A stretch of 64,000 nucleotides of DNA from Candidatus Saccharimonadota bacterium. GTDB lineage: Bacteria > Patescibacteriota > Saccharimonadia > Saccharimonadales > JAXHNE01. Under the pieces are notes generated by a model that saw only the letters and a program-made list of their open reading frames with translations, searched no databases and was not told the origin of the DNA. This document shows, piece by piece, positions 44,532 through 52,652 of this stretch. The stretch is taken from positions 66,431 through 130,430 of the forward strand of contig JAXHNE010000009.1 in NCBI GenBank assembly GCA_034520885.1. Reading direction: 5' to 3'. Numbering within the stretch: position 1 is the stretch's first letter; each line of letters opens with the position of its first letter. Made by a program: the position numbers and the translations under genes.

Positions 44532-44970
44532 AGCGGCACTCGTATTCGGAACATTCTGCGCGGTCGTTATTTTGGGCGTCTCCGCCTACGTATCGGTCAG
44601 TAAGGCCCCGCGGTCCGAACTGCGCACCCAATTTATTACGTTCGGCGGCAAACGCTTCCAGGTCGCGGTGGCCGACACCAACAAGGCGCGAGCCAAAGGT
44701 CTGGGCGATTATGAATCGCTGGCTAATGACGAAGGGATGTTATTCGTGTTCGAACGCCCCGGCAAACATTGTTTCTGGATGAAAGACGTGGAGTTCCCCA
44801 TTGGTATCTTTTGGCTTGACGAAGAACGACGGGTCGTCAAATCAATCGATTCGCTTTCTCCGGACACCTATCCGGAGTTATTTTGTCCCGAAGAACCGGT
44901 AAACTACGTGTTGGAAATTGCCGGTGGGCAAGCCCAAAATTTGCAAAAACCGCTCAAGCTTGAATTATAG
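44491..44970 (+). CDS. DUF192 domain protein
   Basis: VAVADTNKARAKGLGD..GMLFVF..FWMKDVEFPIGIFWLD pattern; start uncertain. Confidence 0.75.
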   Translation: MPRASVKKTVSARKAALVFGTFCAVVILGVSAYVSVSKAPRSELRTQFITFGGKRFQVAVADTNKARAKGLGDYESLANDEGMLFVFERPGKHCFWMKDVEFPIGIFWLDEERRVVKSIDSLSPDTYPELFCPEEPVNYVLEIAGGQAQNLQKPLKLEL

Positions 44971-44987
44971 TCTGCTATTATGGCGTC

Positions 44988-45479
44988 ATGACCGGATATA
45001 TTATTCTCGGATCCATCGTCGGTTTGCCGCTCGTGCTGGGGTTGTTGTGGCGCGTAAACTCTTCCTTCTTATTTTTTAGCGTTATGGCGGGCGAACTTTT
45101 GGGGCGTTATTTCGGTGACGATGCGGAGTTGGTAGTTAAAACATTCAGTAACCGGGAATGGATGACCCACTATGCCGAGGCGGTCGTAATACTCTTGCCG
45201 GTAATTTTTACCGCCTGGTTTTTAAAACGCACCATCGATAAAGCCAAATTATTCTATTTGTGGGTGCCGTTTTTGGTCACCGGAGTGGTTTTGGCGGCCT
45301 TCGCCCTGCCGACTTTGCCAAGCCAGGTTATAGCGGAAGTCACCTCCACGGAGATCGGTTCCCAGCTTTATGACACGAGTGACTTTATTATTGGCGTAGT
45401 AGTGGCGTTCCAGCTGTTGTCGTTATGGCTGCTTAATAAACACAGCGGTCATAAGCCGAAAAAACGCTCAAAACACTAG
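44988..45479 (+). CDS. membrane protein, hypothetical
   Basis: 163-aa 4-5 TM ORF; TGcTATTAT ends 6 nt before ATG. Confidence 0.55.
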   Translation: MTGYIILGSIVGLPLVLGLLWRVNSSFLFFSVMAGELLGRYFGDDAELVVKTFSNREWMTHYAEAVVILLPVIFTAWFLKRTIDKAKLFYLWVPFLVTGVVLAAFALPTLPSQVIAEVTSTEIGSQLYDTSDFIIGVVVAFQLLSLWLLNKHSGHKPKKRSKH

Positions 45480-45685
45480 TCTTGGTTTTTGTCCGATTTA
45501 TTTCCCGCAATTGCGCCAACGGCAATAAAGGCCAGGGTGACAACGCCGATTACCAGGATTGCTTTGGTGCCAGAATCCTGAAGGGTGTCGGCCTCCCCAA
45601 TGCCAACAATATAGCCGATAAGCAAGCTGGCAATGACCACGATCACTGCCAAAACGCCCAGTTTAATAGTGTTAGAAAATTTCAT
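45476..45685 (-). CDS. small 2-TM membrane protein
   Basis: start moved to ATG 45685 behind SD gagga. Confidence 0.5.
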   Translation of the reverse strand: MKFSNTIKLGVLAVIVVIASLLIGYIVGIGEADTLQDSGTKAILVIGVVTLAFIAVGAIAGNKSDKNQD

Positions 45686-45921
45686 ATGCCGTTTTCCTCG
45701 TTTAGTTTCCTTTATACAATAGCGCATTTTTAAGGACGAAACCAGAAACCCAGATTGACAAATCAGGGAAAATAACGATAATGTAAGGAGTTAAATTTCA
45801 AGCATGTGTTTGGTTTTTTATGCGCCAAAACTAGCGAAGGGGCCCGCCCGGAAGTGAGCTTTCGTTAGTGCGCTTGGCGCACAGGCTTCAGTTTTACTGA
45901 AGCGAACGAAAGTCTACTTCC

Positions 45922-45999
45922 GGGCCCGTAGCTCAGTCTGGTTAGAGCACCTGCCTTTTAAGCAGGGTGTCGTGGGTTCAAGTCCCACCGGGCCCTCCA
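45922..45999 (+). tRNA. tRNA-Lys (TTT)
   Basis: GGGCCCGTAGCTCAG...CTTTTAA anticodon loop...GGTTCAAGTCCCAC CGGGCCC T CCA. Confidence 0.9.
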
Positions 46000-46016
46000 C
46001 ACTTCGCCAAGGCTAC

Positions 46017-46050
46017 GTGTGGCAGGCCATCAGGCCGGCCACACTTTTTA
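46017..46050 (+). terminator. intrinsic terminator after tRNA-Lys
   Basis: gtgtggc..ggcc-atca-ggcc..gccacac then ttttta. Confidence 0.75.
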
Positions 46051-46147
46051 TTAACTTGAAGTGTGCCCCTCGAAACTTTAGTGAAGTGGGGCTAAAATAA
46101 GTCCATGTACTATGTTTACCTGTTAAGGTTATCCACCGGCGGAACTT

Positions 46148-46199
46148 GTGACCAAGTCTTACCGGCATGCTCACCGAAGCTTCAGTGAAGGAGAGGCCC
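46148..46199 (+). repeat. tRNA-Lys-3'-end-derived direct repeat, copy A
   Basis: ~90% identical to 47239-47294. Confidence 0.85.
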
Positions 46200-46207
46200 A
46201 ATCCGTG

Positions 46208-46250
46208 TATACTTAAACAGAGGGTTTTGCCTCTGTTTTTGATATTATAG
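46208..46250 (+). promoter_or_regulatory. junction element copy 1 (hairpin + T-run + TGaTATTAT, ATG 7 nt later)
   Basis: tatacttaaacagagg-gttttg-cctctgtttttgatattatag. Confidence 0.6.
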
Positions 46251-46255
46251 ACTTA

Positions 46256-47101
46256 ATGAACTCTGCAATAATTCTTGCGATTATAGCTCACATTTTCTGG
46301 GCCTCGGGTAATTTGGCTAACGTTAAACTTTCTCGAACTATTACTCCACTACAAACAATTACGTGGCAAACAATATTGTTGATACCATTGCTGCTGCTGT
46401 TTATTATAAGCGAACCACTAGCTGTTGATGTTTGGGTGATTGCATATACTGCGCTATTGTCCACTACACTATATGCCGGCTCACTGATGTTTTATACAGC
46501 ATTAAAAAAAGGCTCGGCGCAGATTAGCGGTGCTATTATCGCAACCGTACCTGCTTTCGTCACCTTACTTAGCATTATATTTTTAGGTGCAAGTCTAAGT
46601 ATTTTTGGTATTTTATTGATTACAATTATTACAATAGGGCTCGTAATAACTTCACTGCCTAACAAAAATAATAAGATTGATAACGGTATAATTTATGCAT
46701 TTGCAGCAGTGGTTCTTTGGGCGGTTTATTTTACTTTTATCTCAAAAAGTGTCGAAGTGCTGGGACCATATTGGAGTAGTTACATTGCAATATTAGCTGG
46801 TTCAGTAATGCTAGTTGTATACAGCATAATTAAAAGAGAGCATAAGATTAAAAAAGTAAGTTGTGGTTTGACAGCACTACTTGCCTTATCTGCACTATTT
46901 GTCGGAGGAGCACCTTTGGCATACAACATAGCGCTTGAGCAATCAAACCCTGCGATAATAGCGCCTATCGCAGGATCATATGCACCGTTATTCATTATCA
47001 CATCATCAATTATTTATAAAGATAAAGTAACCAAAAAACAGTGGTTAGGTATTGCTATTACAATAACTGCGGTAATTGTTTTTAGTGTAATAGTTAATTA
47101 G
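46256..47101 (+). CDS. EamA/DMT family transporter
   Basis: 281 aa, 10 TM, duplicated EamA-like halves. Confidence 0.75.
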   Translation: MNSAIILAIIAHIFWASGNLANVKLSRTITPLQTITWQTILLIPLLLLFIISEPLAVDVWVIAYTALLSTTLYAGSLMFYTALKKGSAQISGAIIATVPAFVTLLSIIFLGASLSIFGILLITIITIGLVITSLPNKNNKIDNGIIYAFAAVVLWAVYFTFISKSVEVLGPYWSSYIAILAGSVMLVVYSIIKREHKIKKVSCGLTALLALSALFVGGAPLAYNIALEQSNPAIIAPIAGSYAPLFIITSSIIYKDKVTKKQWLGIAITITAVIVFSVIVN

Positions 47102-47238
47102 ATATACTTAGCTGCAACAAGAAGTACAGTGTCCCTCCATCCTCCGTCGCAGACCCTTTTAGGGTCAGCTATGGAGGATTTTAGTTTTTAGTTAGATTTT
47201 TGAATTAACGGCACATAAAAATGGTGTCGCGAGAGACT

Positions 47239-47294
47239 GTGACCAAGTCCCACCGGCCTGCTCACCGAAGCTTTAGCGAAGGAGAGGCCCTCCA
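47239..47294 (+). repeat. tRNA-Lys-3'-end-derived direct repeat, copy B
   Basis: caagtcccaccgg + 29-nt insert + ggccctcca; both flanks identical to the tRNA-Lys 3' end. Confidence 0.85.
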
Positions 47295-47356
47295 AAAATT
47301 TTTAACAACACCTAGACTCACTTGCAAGGAAATCTTTCTAGCGACATACTAAGTAT

Positions 47357-47629
47357 ATGGATGATCTGCCCGTTGGCTGGAAGAAAGGTGCTACGAGCAC
47401 TGAAAATGATTCTTTGTTTAAGGTTTATAAAACGGGGAATATAGATACCGCGTTTGATTATCTATATCGCATAAAACAAACCGTTCTTGATAGCGATTTT
47501 AGGGGTTGCACGTTCATAACTCTTAGCAGTGATTTCTTGACTATTACCATAAACGATCTTGGTGACAAAAAACCACTAGAAGCGATTATTGCGTTTGCTA
47601 AGGACATAGACTTACTGATTGAAGTTTAG
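47357..47629 (+). CDS. hypothetical protein (weak PCD/DCoH-like pattern)
   Basis: 90 aa; GW...F..A..Y layout but no HHP motif. Confidence 0.4.
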   Translation: MDDLPVGWKKGATSTENDSLFKVYKTGNIDTAFDYLYRIKQTVLDSDFRGCTFITLSSDFLTITINDLGDKKPLEAIIAFAKDIDLLIEV

Positions 47630-47664
47630 TTTCAATAGCCTCTACTGATGGTCTTCTATTACGC

Positions 47665-47708
47665 ATATGCTTAAACAGAGGTATTTAGCCACTGGTTTTT
47701 GATATAGT
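47665..47708 (+). promoter_or_regulatory. junction element copy 2
   Basis: atatgcttaaacagagg...ggtttttgatatagt, ATG 6 nt later. Confidence 0.6.
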
Positions 47709-47714
47709 TAGACC

Positions 47715-48368
47715 ATGAAATTATTTGTATGGGATCTACACGGGACCTTAGAACAAGGTAACGAAGATGCAGTCGTTGAATTATCTAACATCATTCTTGA
47801 AAAATATGGATACAGCGAAAGGCTAGATATAAAGCTTGGCAAGAAACTCTATGGTCTTAGGTGGCACGAATATTTTGAATATCTGTTGCCAAATGAACCG
47901 CACGAGAGGCATTTAGAGCTGCAGGCGACCTCTTTCGACCTATCAAACTTACCTGAAGGAACAAAAATAATTGCGTCTTACATCAAGCCTTCAAGAAATG
48001 CGTTGCAGGTTTTGAAAGCGGTCGAAGACAAACATCATCAAATCGTTCTCTCAAATACGGTACCTGAATCCTTACCGATGTTCTTGAAAGCATTAAATAT
48101 GCTTGAGTTCTTTGATAATAATCGTGCCTTAGCAGTTAATCAGCATACGCGTGAATCTAAACGAACTAAAGTTGATGTGCTCGCAGAATATACAGCGGAG
48201 AAAAACTTTGAAGAAATTGTGGTTATTGGCGATTCAGAAAGCGATATGGCTCTAGCTGATGCATTTAATGCGAAGGCATATCTGTACGCTCATAACGGTA
48301 CTCCTTTTAGAAGCGAGAAAGGACATTATAAGATTAACGACCTTGCGGAGCTTCTATCCGAAATTTAG
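47715..48368 (+). CDS. HAD superfamily hydrolase
   Basis: motif I VWDLHGTL, motif IV GDSESD. Confidence 0.8.
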   Translation: MKLFVWDLHGTLEQGNEDAVVELSNIILEKYGYSERLDIKLGKKLYGLRWHEYFEYLLPNEPHERHLELQATSFDLSNLPEGTKIIASYIKPSRNALQVLKAVEDKHHQIVLSNTVPESLPMFLKALNMLEFFDNNRALAVNQHTRESKRTKVDVLAEYTAEKNFEEIVVIGDSESDMALADAFNAKAYLYAHNGTPFRSEKGHYKINDLAELLSEI

Positions 48369-48427
48369 TCGCAACAAGAAGCACGATACCCCTCAACTCC
48401 GACTACATCGAGAAGTTTTTTATTGCT

Positions 48428-49171
48428 ATGATGAAAGCAATGAAGGCCATAAAACATAACATCGAGCACTACTATCAACCAACATCGAGTACTTGTGGAT
48501 ATGCCGCTTTAGCAATCCTGCTATCTCATCGCAGAAGTGAACTTACACCTAACGACGTTATAAAGTCGGTACCACAGCCAAAAGATGAAGAAGGTAACCC
48601 TACAGGAAGCATTACGGCACAGCTTGCAGTCTGGTGCCTGAACAATGGGTATAATTTAGATTTTTACTCCTTTGACTGTCAAATACTAGATTTATCTTGG
48701 CATGGGTTCACCGAGGAGAACTTAATTGAACGCCTAGAAGCTGTTAGGGATTCACGCCACGTGTTAAATCTAGGAGATAAATACTGGTCTAAGGTGTATG
48801 TAGAAGCTTATATTCAAATGCTAAAAGCGGGAGGTAAACTTTACATAAATCCGCACATTACTAGCAGCAAGTTATATGAATTACTTGTAAATGGACCAGT
48901 CTTTGCGAATGTATGCTCGGCTACTTTAAGCAATAAAGGCCACCAAACATACCCTAAACCCAATGAGCGAGTATCTGTCCCTGATGATATAGATGGAAAG
49001 GCGGGAACTCATAGTATTGTCATTTACGGTAACGACGAACAGGGAAATTACTTAGTTGCAGACCCCTGGGAGGGATTGGGCGTTATAAAGCCTGAAACGA
49101 TGATTTGTAGTATAACTGCCGCCCAAATTGAATGTGATAACCAGTGTTTTCAAATTACCAATTCAGCTTAG
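48428..49171 (+). CDS. papain-like (C39-like) cysteine peptidase domain protein
   Basis: QPTSSTCGYAALAILL nucleophile context, later H; probable true start ATG 48440 (TGcTATGAT ends 7 nt upstream). Confidence 0.55.
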   Translation: MMKAMKAIKHNIEHYYQPTSSTCGYAALAILLSHRRSELTPNDVIKSVPQPKDEEGNPTGSITAQLAVWCLNNGYNLDFYSFDCQILDLSWHGFTEENLIERLEAVRDSRHVLNLGDKYWSKVYVEAYIQMLKAGGKLYINPHITSSKLYELLVNGPVFANVCSATLSNKGHQTYPKPNERVSVPDDIDGKAGTHSIVIYGNDEQGNYLVADPWEGLGVIKPETMICSITAAQIECDNQCFQITNSA

Positions 49172-49284
49172 AGATATACTTGGTTGAAGTTCAACCGGGC
49201 TTGAACCCAATGCGGTTGGATAAGCCCCCGCCAACTTATTGGCAGACGGGCGGACTATACACCAGTAGTCCCAGATAGATCTCA

Positions 49285-49333
49285 ATATGCTTATTTTTAG
49301 AACAGAAATGAATGCCTCTGTTTTTGCTATAGT
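49285..49333 (+). promoter_or_regulatory. junction element copy 3
   Basis: atatgctta...gcctctgtttttgctatagt, ATG 6 nt later. Confidence 0.6.
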
Positions 49334-49339
49334 GTATTT

Positions 49340-50046
49340 ATGAGCGTTATTGAAATAAAAAACGTGAGTGTGCGGATTGGCGACAACGCAGTTCTTGATA
49401 ACGTCCAAGTTGATGTAGCAAAAGGTAGAATTACGGGGTTACTTGGTCCCTCCGGCGCCGGAAAGACGACATTATACAAAGCGATCCTAGGCCTCAGAAA
49501 GATAACGTCTGGCGATATAGTAGTACTCGGAAAAGATTCAAGTGACAAAAGCTTGCATGAGAATGTGGGTTACATGACGCAATCACCTTCCGTTTACTAC
49601 GATTTGACCGTAAACGAAAATCTAAAGTACTTTTCCCAAGTAAGCGGAGCTTCGAAGGGTCAAGTTGCAGAGTTAGTTGATGTCGTTGATCTAAGCCACC
49701 GGCAAAACACTCTTATTAAAAACCTTTCAGGTGGAGAAAAACTCGTGTTTCGTTAATAACCGCATTGCTAGGCAATCCAAAGATACTTTTGCTTGATGAG
49801 CCAACGGTAGGACTAGACCCAGTGCTTCGGGAAAAGCTATGGGCGCTGTTTAGGAAGTATGTAAGCAACGGCAAAACCATCGTGGTCACTAGCCATATGA
49901 TGGATGAAGCAAATAACTGTGACGAGATTATTTTTATTCGAAATGGCGCATTAATTGCTCATGGCACAAAAGAAAATGTACTGAGGCAAGGACGGGCCGA
50001 TAGCATGGAGGATGCATTCCTTCATCTCGCTCGAGGTGAGTCATGA
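49340..50046 (+). pseudogene. ABC transporter ATP-binding protein, frameshifted in an A5 run
   Basis: Walker A GPSGAGKTT, then LSGGEK|frameshift at 49737-49741|TRVSLITALLGNPKILLLDEPT continues in another frame. Confidence 0.75.
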
Positions 50047-50774
50047 ATATCAAGTTAGTGCTTTACACTGCTCTAAGAGTTTTACGCCAGCTTAAACATG
50101 ACCCGCGTTCAATCGCGTTAGTGCTTTTGGTGCCCACTGTTTTGCTCGTCATTTTATATTTCGTTTTTTATGAAAACTTTACGCTGTATAACTCGGTCAC
50201 GCCTTTGCTTCTTGGCCTAATTCCATTTACTATTATGTTCATTTTTACTTCCGTAGCTATGCTTCGGGAAAGGACTGGCGGCACCTTGGAGCGTCTACTG
50301 GTTTCACGGCTATCAAGAATAGATATTTTACTTGGGTACGCCCTGGCCTTCGGGATTTTAGCCTTTTTCCAGTCTGTATTAGCGACGTTCGTCGTGTTGA
50401 ATGTATTTGACGTAGCAATTGCGGGTGATGTGCCAATTCTTATTTTGGTAGCCGTAATTTCGGGAATAACGGGGATGGCGTTGGGCTTATTTTTCAGTGC
50501 ATTTGCCAAAAACGAGTTTCAAGCAGTTCAGTTTATGCCCGCTTTTGTATTACCGCAGTTTCTTATGTGTGGATTGTTTATTGTACGCGATCAGATGGTA
50601 GACGGATTGTATATTGTGTCTGGCTTTATGCCCCTGTCATACATAGTCGAAGCTATGCGCTCAGTGCAGCTTAATCAATCCTGGACAGGAGAAATTACTA
50701 CGGACCTGTTTATTCTTATTGCATTTACGGTAGTCTCGCTTTTTCTGGGCGCACTAACGCTCCGTACCGGTTAA
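50043..50774 (+). CDS. ABC-2 type transporter permease
   Basis: 243 aa, 6 TM, overlaps the ATPase stop. Confidence 0.8.
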   Translation: MNIKLVLYTALRVLRQLKHDPRSIALVLLVPTVLLVILYFVFYENFTLYNSVTPLLLGLIPFTIMFIFTSVAMLRERTGGTLERLLVSRLSRIDILLGYALAFGILAFFQSVLATFVVLNVFDVAIAGDVPILILVAVISGITGMALGLFFSAFAKNEFQAVQFMPAFVLPQFLMCGLFIVRDQMVDGLYIVSGFMPLSYIVEAMRSVQLNQSWTGEITTDLFILIAFTVVSLFLGALTLRTG

Positions 50775-50855
50775 ATATAGTTTCAACGGGACAGCAGCCC
50801 TCCATAATAGTTGATGTAAAACTTTTCTATTTAAAGACTTTGTTATTATGTTTGC

Positions 50856-51269
50856 ATGTCAAAGCCCAAAGCCGTTAAATTCGTTGAATCGCAAAAAAGT
50901 TTACGTCTTTACGAAAGTATACGTGAAGCATTCGTTGATGTTCTTAGTAAACTGACTGACAGACAGCTCGAAACTGCAACAAGCAATCTTATTATTATGG
51001 CGTTTCATGACGGCATGAACGGCCAGGTTATGCACTTTGAACCAAAGGAAGATAATTTTGCGGTAATGCAACTCTATATTCCAAAAAATATGCCGAGTGA
51101 TGTCCTGCGCTGGGTCGTTGCGCATGAACTGGGTCACGTCCTACAAGGAAGAAACTGGGAGGAGTCGGACGGCATGAGCCTGGAAGATGACGCCACGGAA
51201 TTCGCCAAGAAAATTGGCTACCCCAAAACCGAAGCAGTCAGTGAGTGGTTAGCTGCCAAACCTTCTTGA
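50856..51269 (+). CDS. putative HExxH zinc metallopeptidase-like protein
   Basis: VVAHELGHVLQG motif. Confidence 0.45.
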   Translation: MSKPKAVKFVESQKSLRLYESIREAFVDVLSKLTDRQLETATSNLIIMAFHDGMNGQVMHFEPKEDNFAVMQLYIPKNMPSDVLRWVVAHELGHVLQGRNWEESDGMSLEDDATEFAKKIGYPKTEAVSEWLAAKPS

Positions 51270-51355
51270 TTTCAATTTCAAAAACTATTAAGAACTCAGA
51301 GTTATATTTAAACTTGAAGTTAAATTTTTATATTTTGTTTTGGTATGATTGCTAT

Positions 51356-52225
51356 ATGGATTTTAATGAGATTGCCGAAAAGTTTTCATCGGCGAAATTG
51401 CTAGGTGTTGGTGAGTCATCCCATGGTACGCATGAGTTTTTTGAATTTAAAACAATACTTTTTAAAGAACTGGTAATGAACCACGGTTTTAATACGTTAT
51501 TTTTTGAAGATCAGCCCAAAACGTGTGATGCAATTAACGAATTTATAGCTAGCGGTACGGGTAATGTTGATAAACTTACGGGACAGCTATACCCCATTTG
51601 GCGCACGGAAGAGTTAAAGCAACTTTTTCTATGGCTGAGAAAAATCAACCCCAAGCACGGCGTTAAGTTCGTTGGTTTTGATATAGAACAAACAGACGAG
51701 AATATGCCAAAGCGCGATGAACTTATGGCCAAAAACATCAAAAAATACGTTGATGCTCATCCAAAAACCAAAGGTTTAGTTTGGGCACACAACAGCCACC
51801 TGCAAAAAGTCGGGAGTAACTTTAACCCAAAACCTACCGGTCTATTTTTACGTAAATACTTTGGAGATGATTATGCCGCTGTCGCTCTTTTATTTGGCGT
51901 GGGAACTTTAAGTGCTACTAAGCTCAAAGAAGATGTACCTCCAGGGAGAGATAGGAGGCTAAGCGCGATAAAAGTAGACACGATTCCACCAAATATCACG
52001 GAGTTTTCACTGCATAAACTAAAAGGTGATTCTGAACCCTTCTTTCTTTCCAAAGAAAGTCCAGAATTCGCTGAACTCAACAACACGAATTTTGTTAGAT
52101 CAATCGGGTGGGGCGTAATCCCGGAATTAATTAATGAAGTAATTGAAAAGACAAACATAAAAAAATCGTTCGACGGAATTATGTACTTTCCGAAAGCCAG
52201 TCACAGCCAATCTTTATCTGAATAA
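51356..52225 (+). CDS. erythromycin esterase family protein
   Basis: LLGVGESSHGTHEFFEFKTILFKELV...FFED pattern; start moved to ATG 51356 (TGgTATGAT ends 6 nt upstream). Confidence 0.65.
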   Translation: MDFNEIAEKFSSAKLLGVGESSHGTHEFFEFKTILFKELVMNHGFNTLFFEDQPKTCDAINEFIASGTGNVDKLTGQLYPIWRTEELKQLFLWLRKINPKHGVKFVGFDIEQTDENMPKRDELMAKNIKKYVDAHPKTKGLVWAHNSHLQKVGSNFNPKPTGLFLRKYFGDDYAAVALLFGVGTLSATKLKEDVPPGRDRRLSAIKVDTIPPNITEFSLHKLKGDSEPFFLSKESPEFAELNNTNFVRSIGWGVIPELINEVIEKTNIKKSFDGIMYFPKASHSQSLSE

Positions 52226-52324
52226 AATGAAGCAAAGATAACCACGAGACACTCACCACGCGATACATCGAGTTTTTGTGATCTTTTTGATAGCGAATAA
52301 CGAACACTATATTATAATTTCAGT

Positions 52325-52579
52325 ATGGCTAAAGATACTCAACGAAAATTATCCGGCAAACAAATCGCGCAAAAAGTCGGACAGCGGCGTAAAGCGGTGT
52401 TTGAGCGCTTTCCGTTAGTGTTTACCATGCTCGGAGCTTTCGGATTGGCGGCGACTATTTACGGGTTCGAGGGGATTCTTGATGAAGTTGATCTGTTTGC
52501 GGACAACCCGTGGATTTTACTCGGAACGGGTATTATCACCCTGGCTTTTACCGGTACGCTGTATAAAAGATTGCAGTAA
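52325..52579 (+). CDS. small membrane protein, hypothetical
   Basis: 84 aa, 2 TM; TATAAT ends 6 nt before ATG. Confidence 0.5.
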   Translation: MAKDTQRKLSGKQIAQKVGQRRKAVFERFPLVFTMLGAFGLAATIYGFEGILDEVDLFADNPWILLGTGIITLAFTGTLYKRLQ

Positions 52580-52652
52580 AACCAAAAACTCCCTGGCCAG
52601 GAGAGTTTCTGGACTATTTTTGATTAGTTATTGTTATAGTTGTTCAATGCGT

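Noticed and set aside
49172-49262. Possible minus-strand tRNA in the C39-ABC spacer (GGGTTCAAGCCC T-loop-like)
   Set aside because: The acceptor stem cannot be paired and there is no canonical 7-nt T loop with a 5-bp stem. I treated it as tRNA-Lys-like debris.
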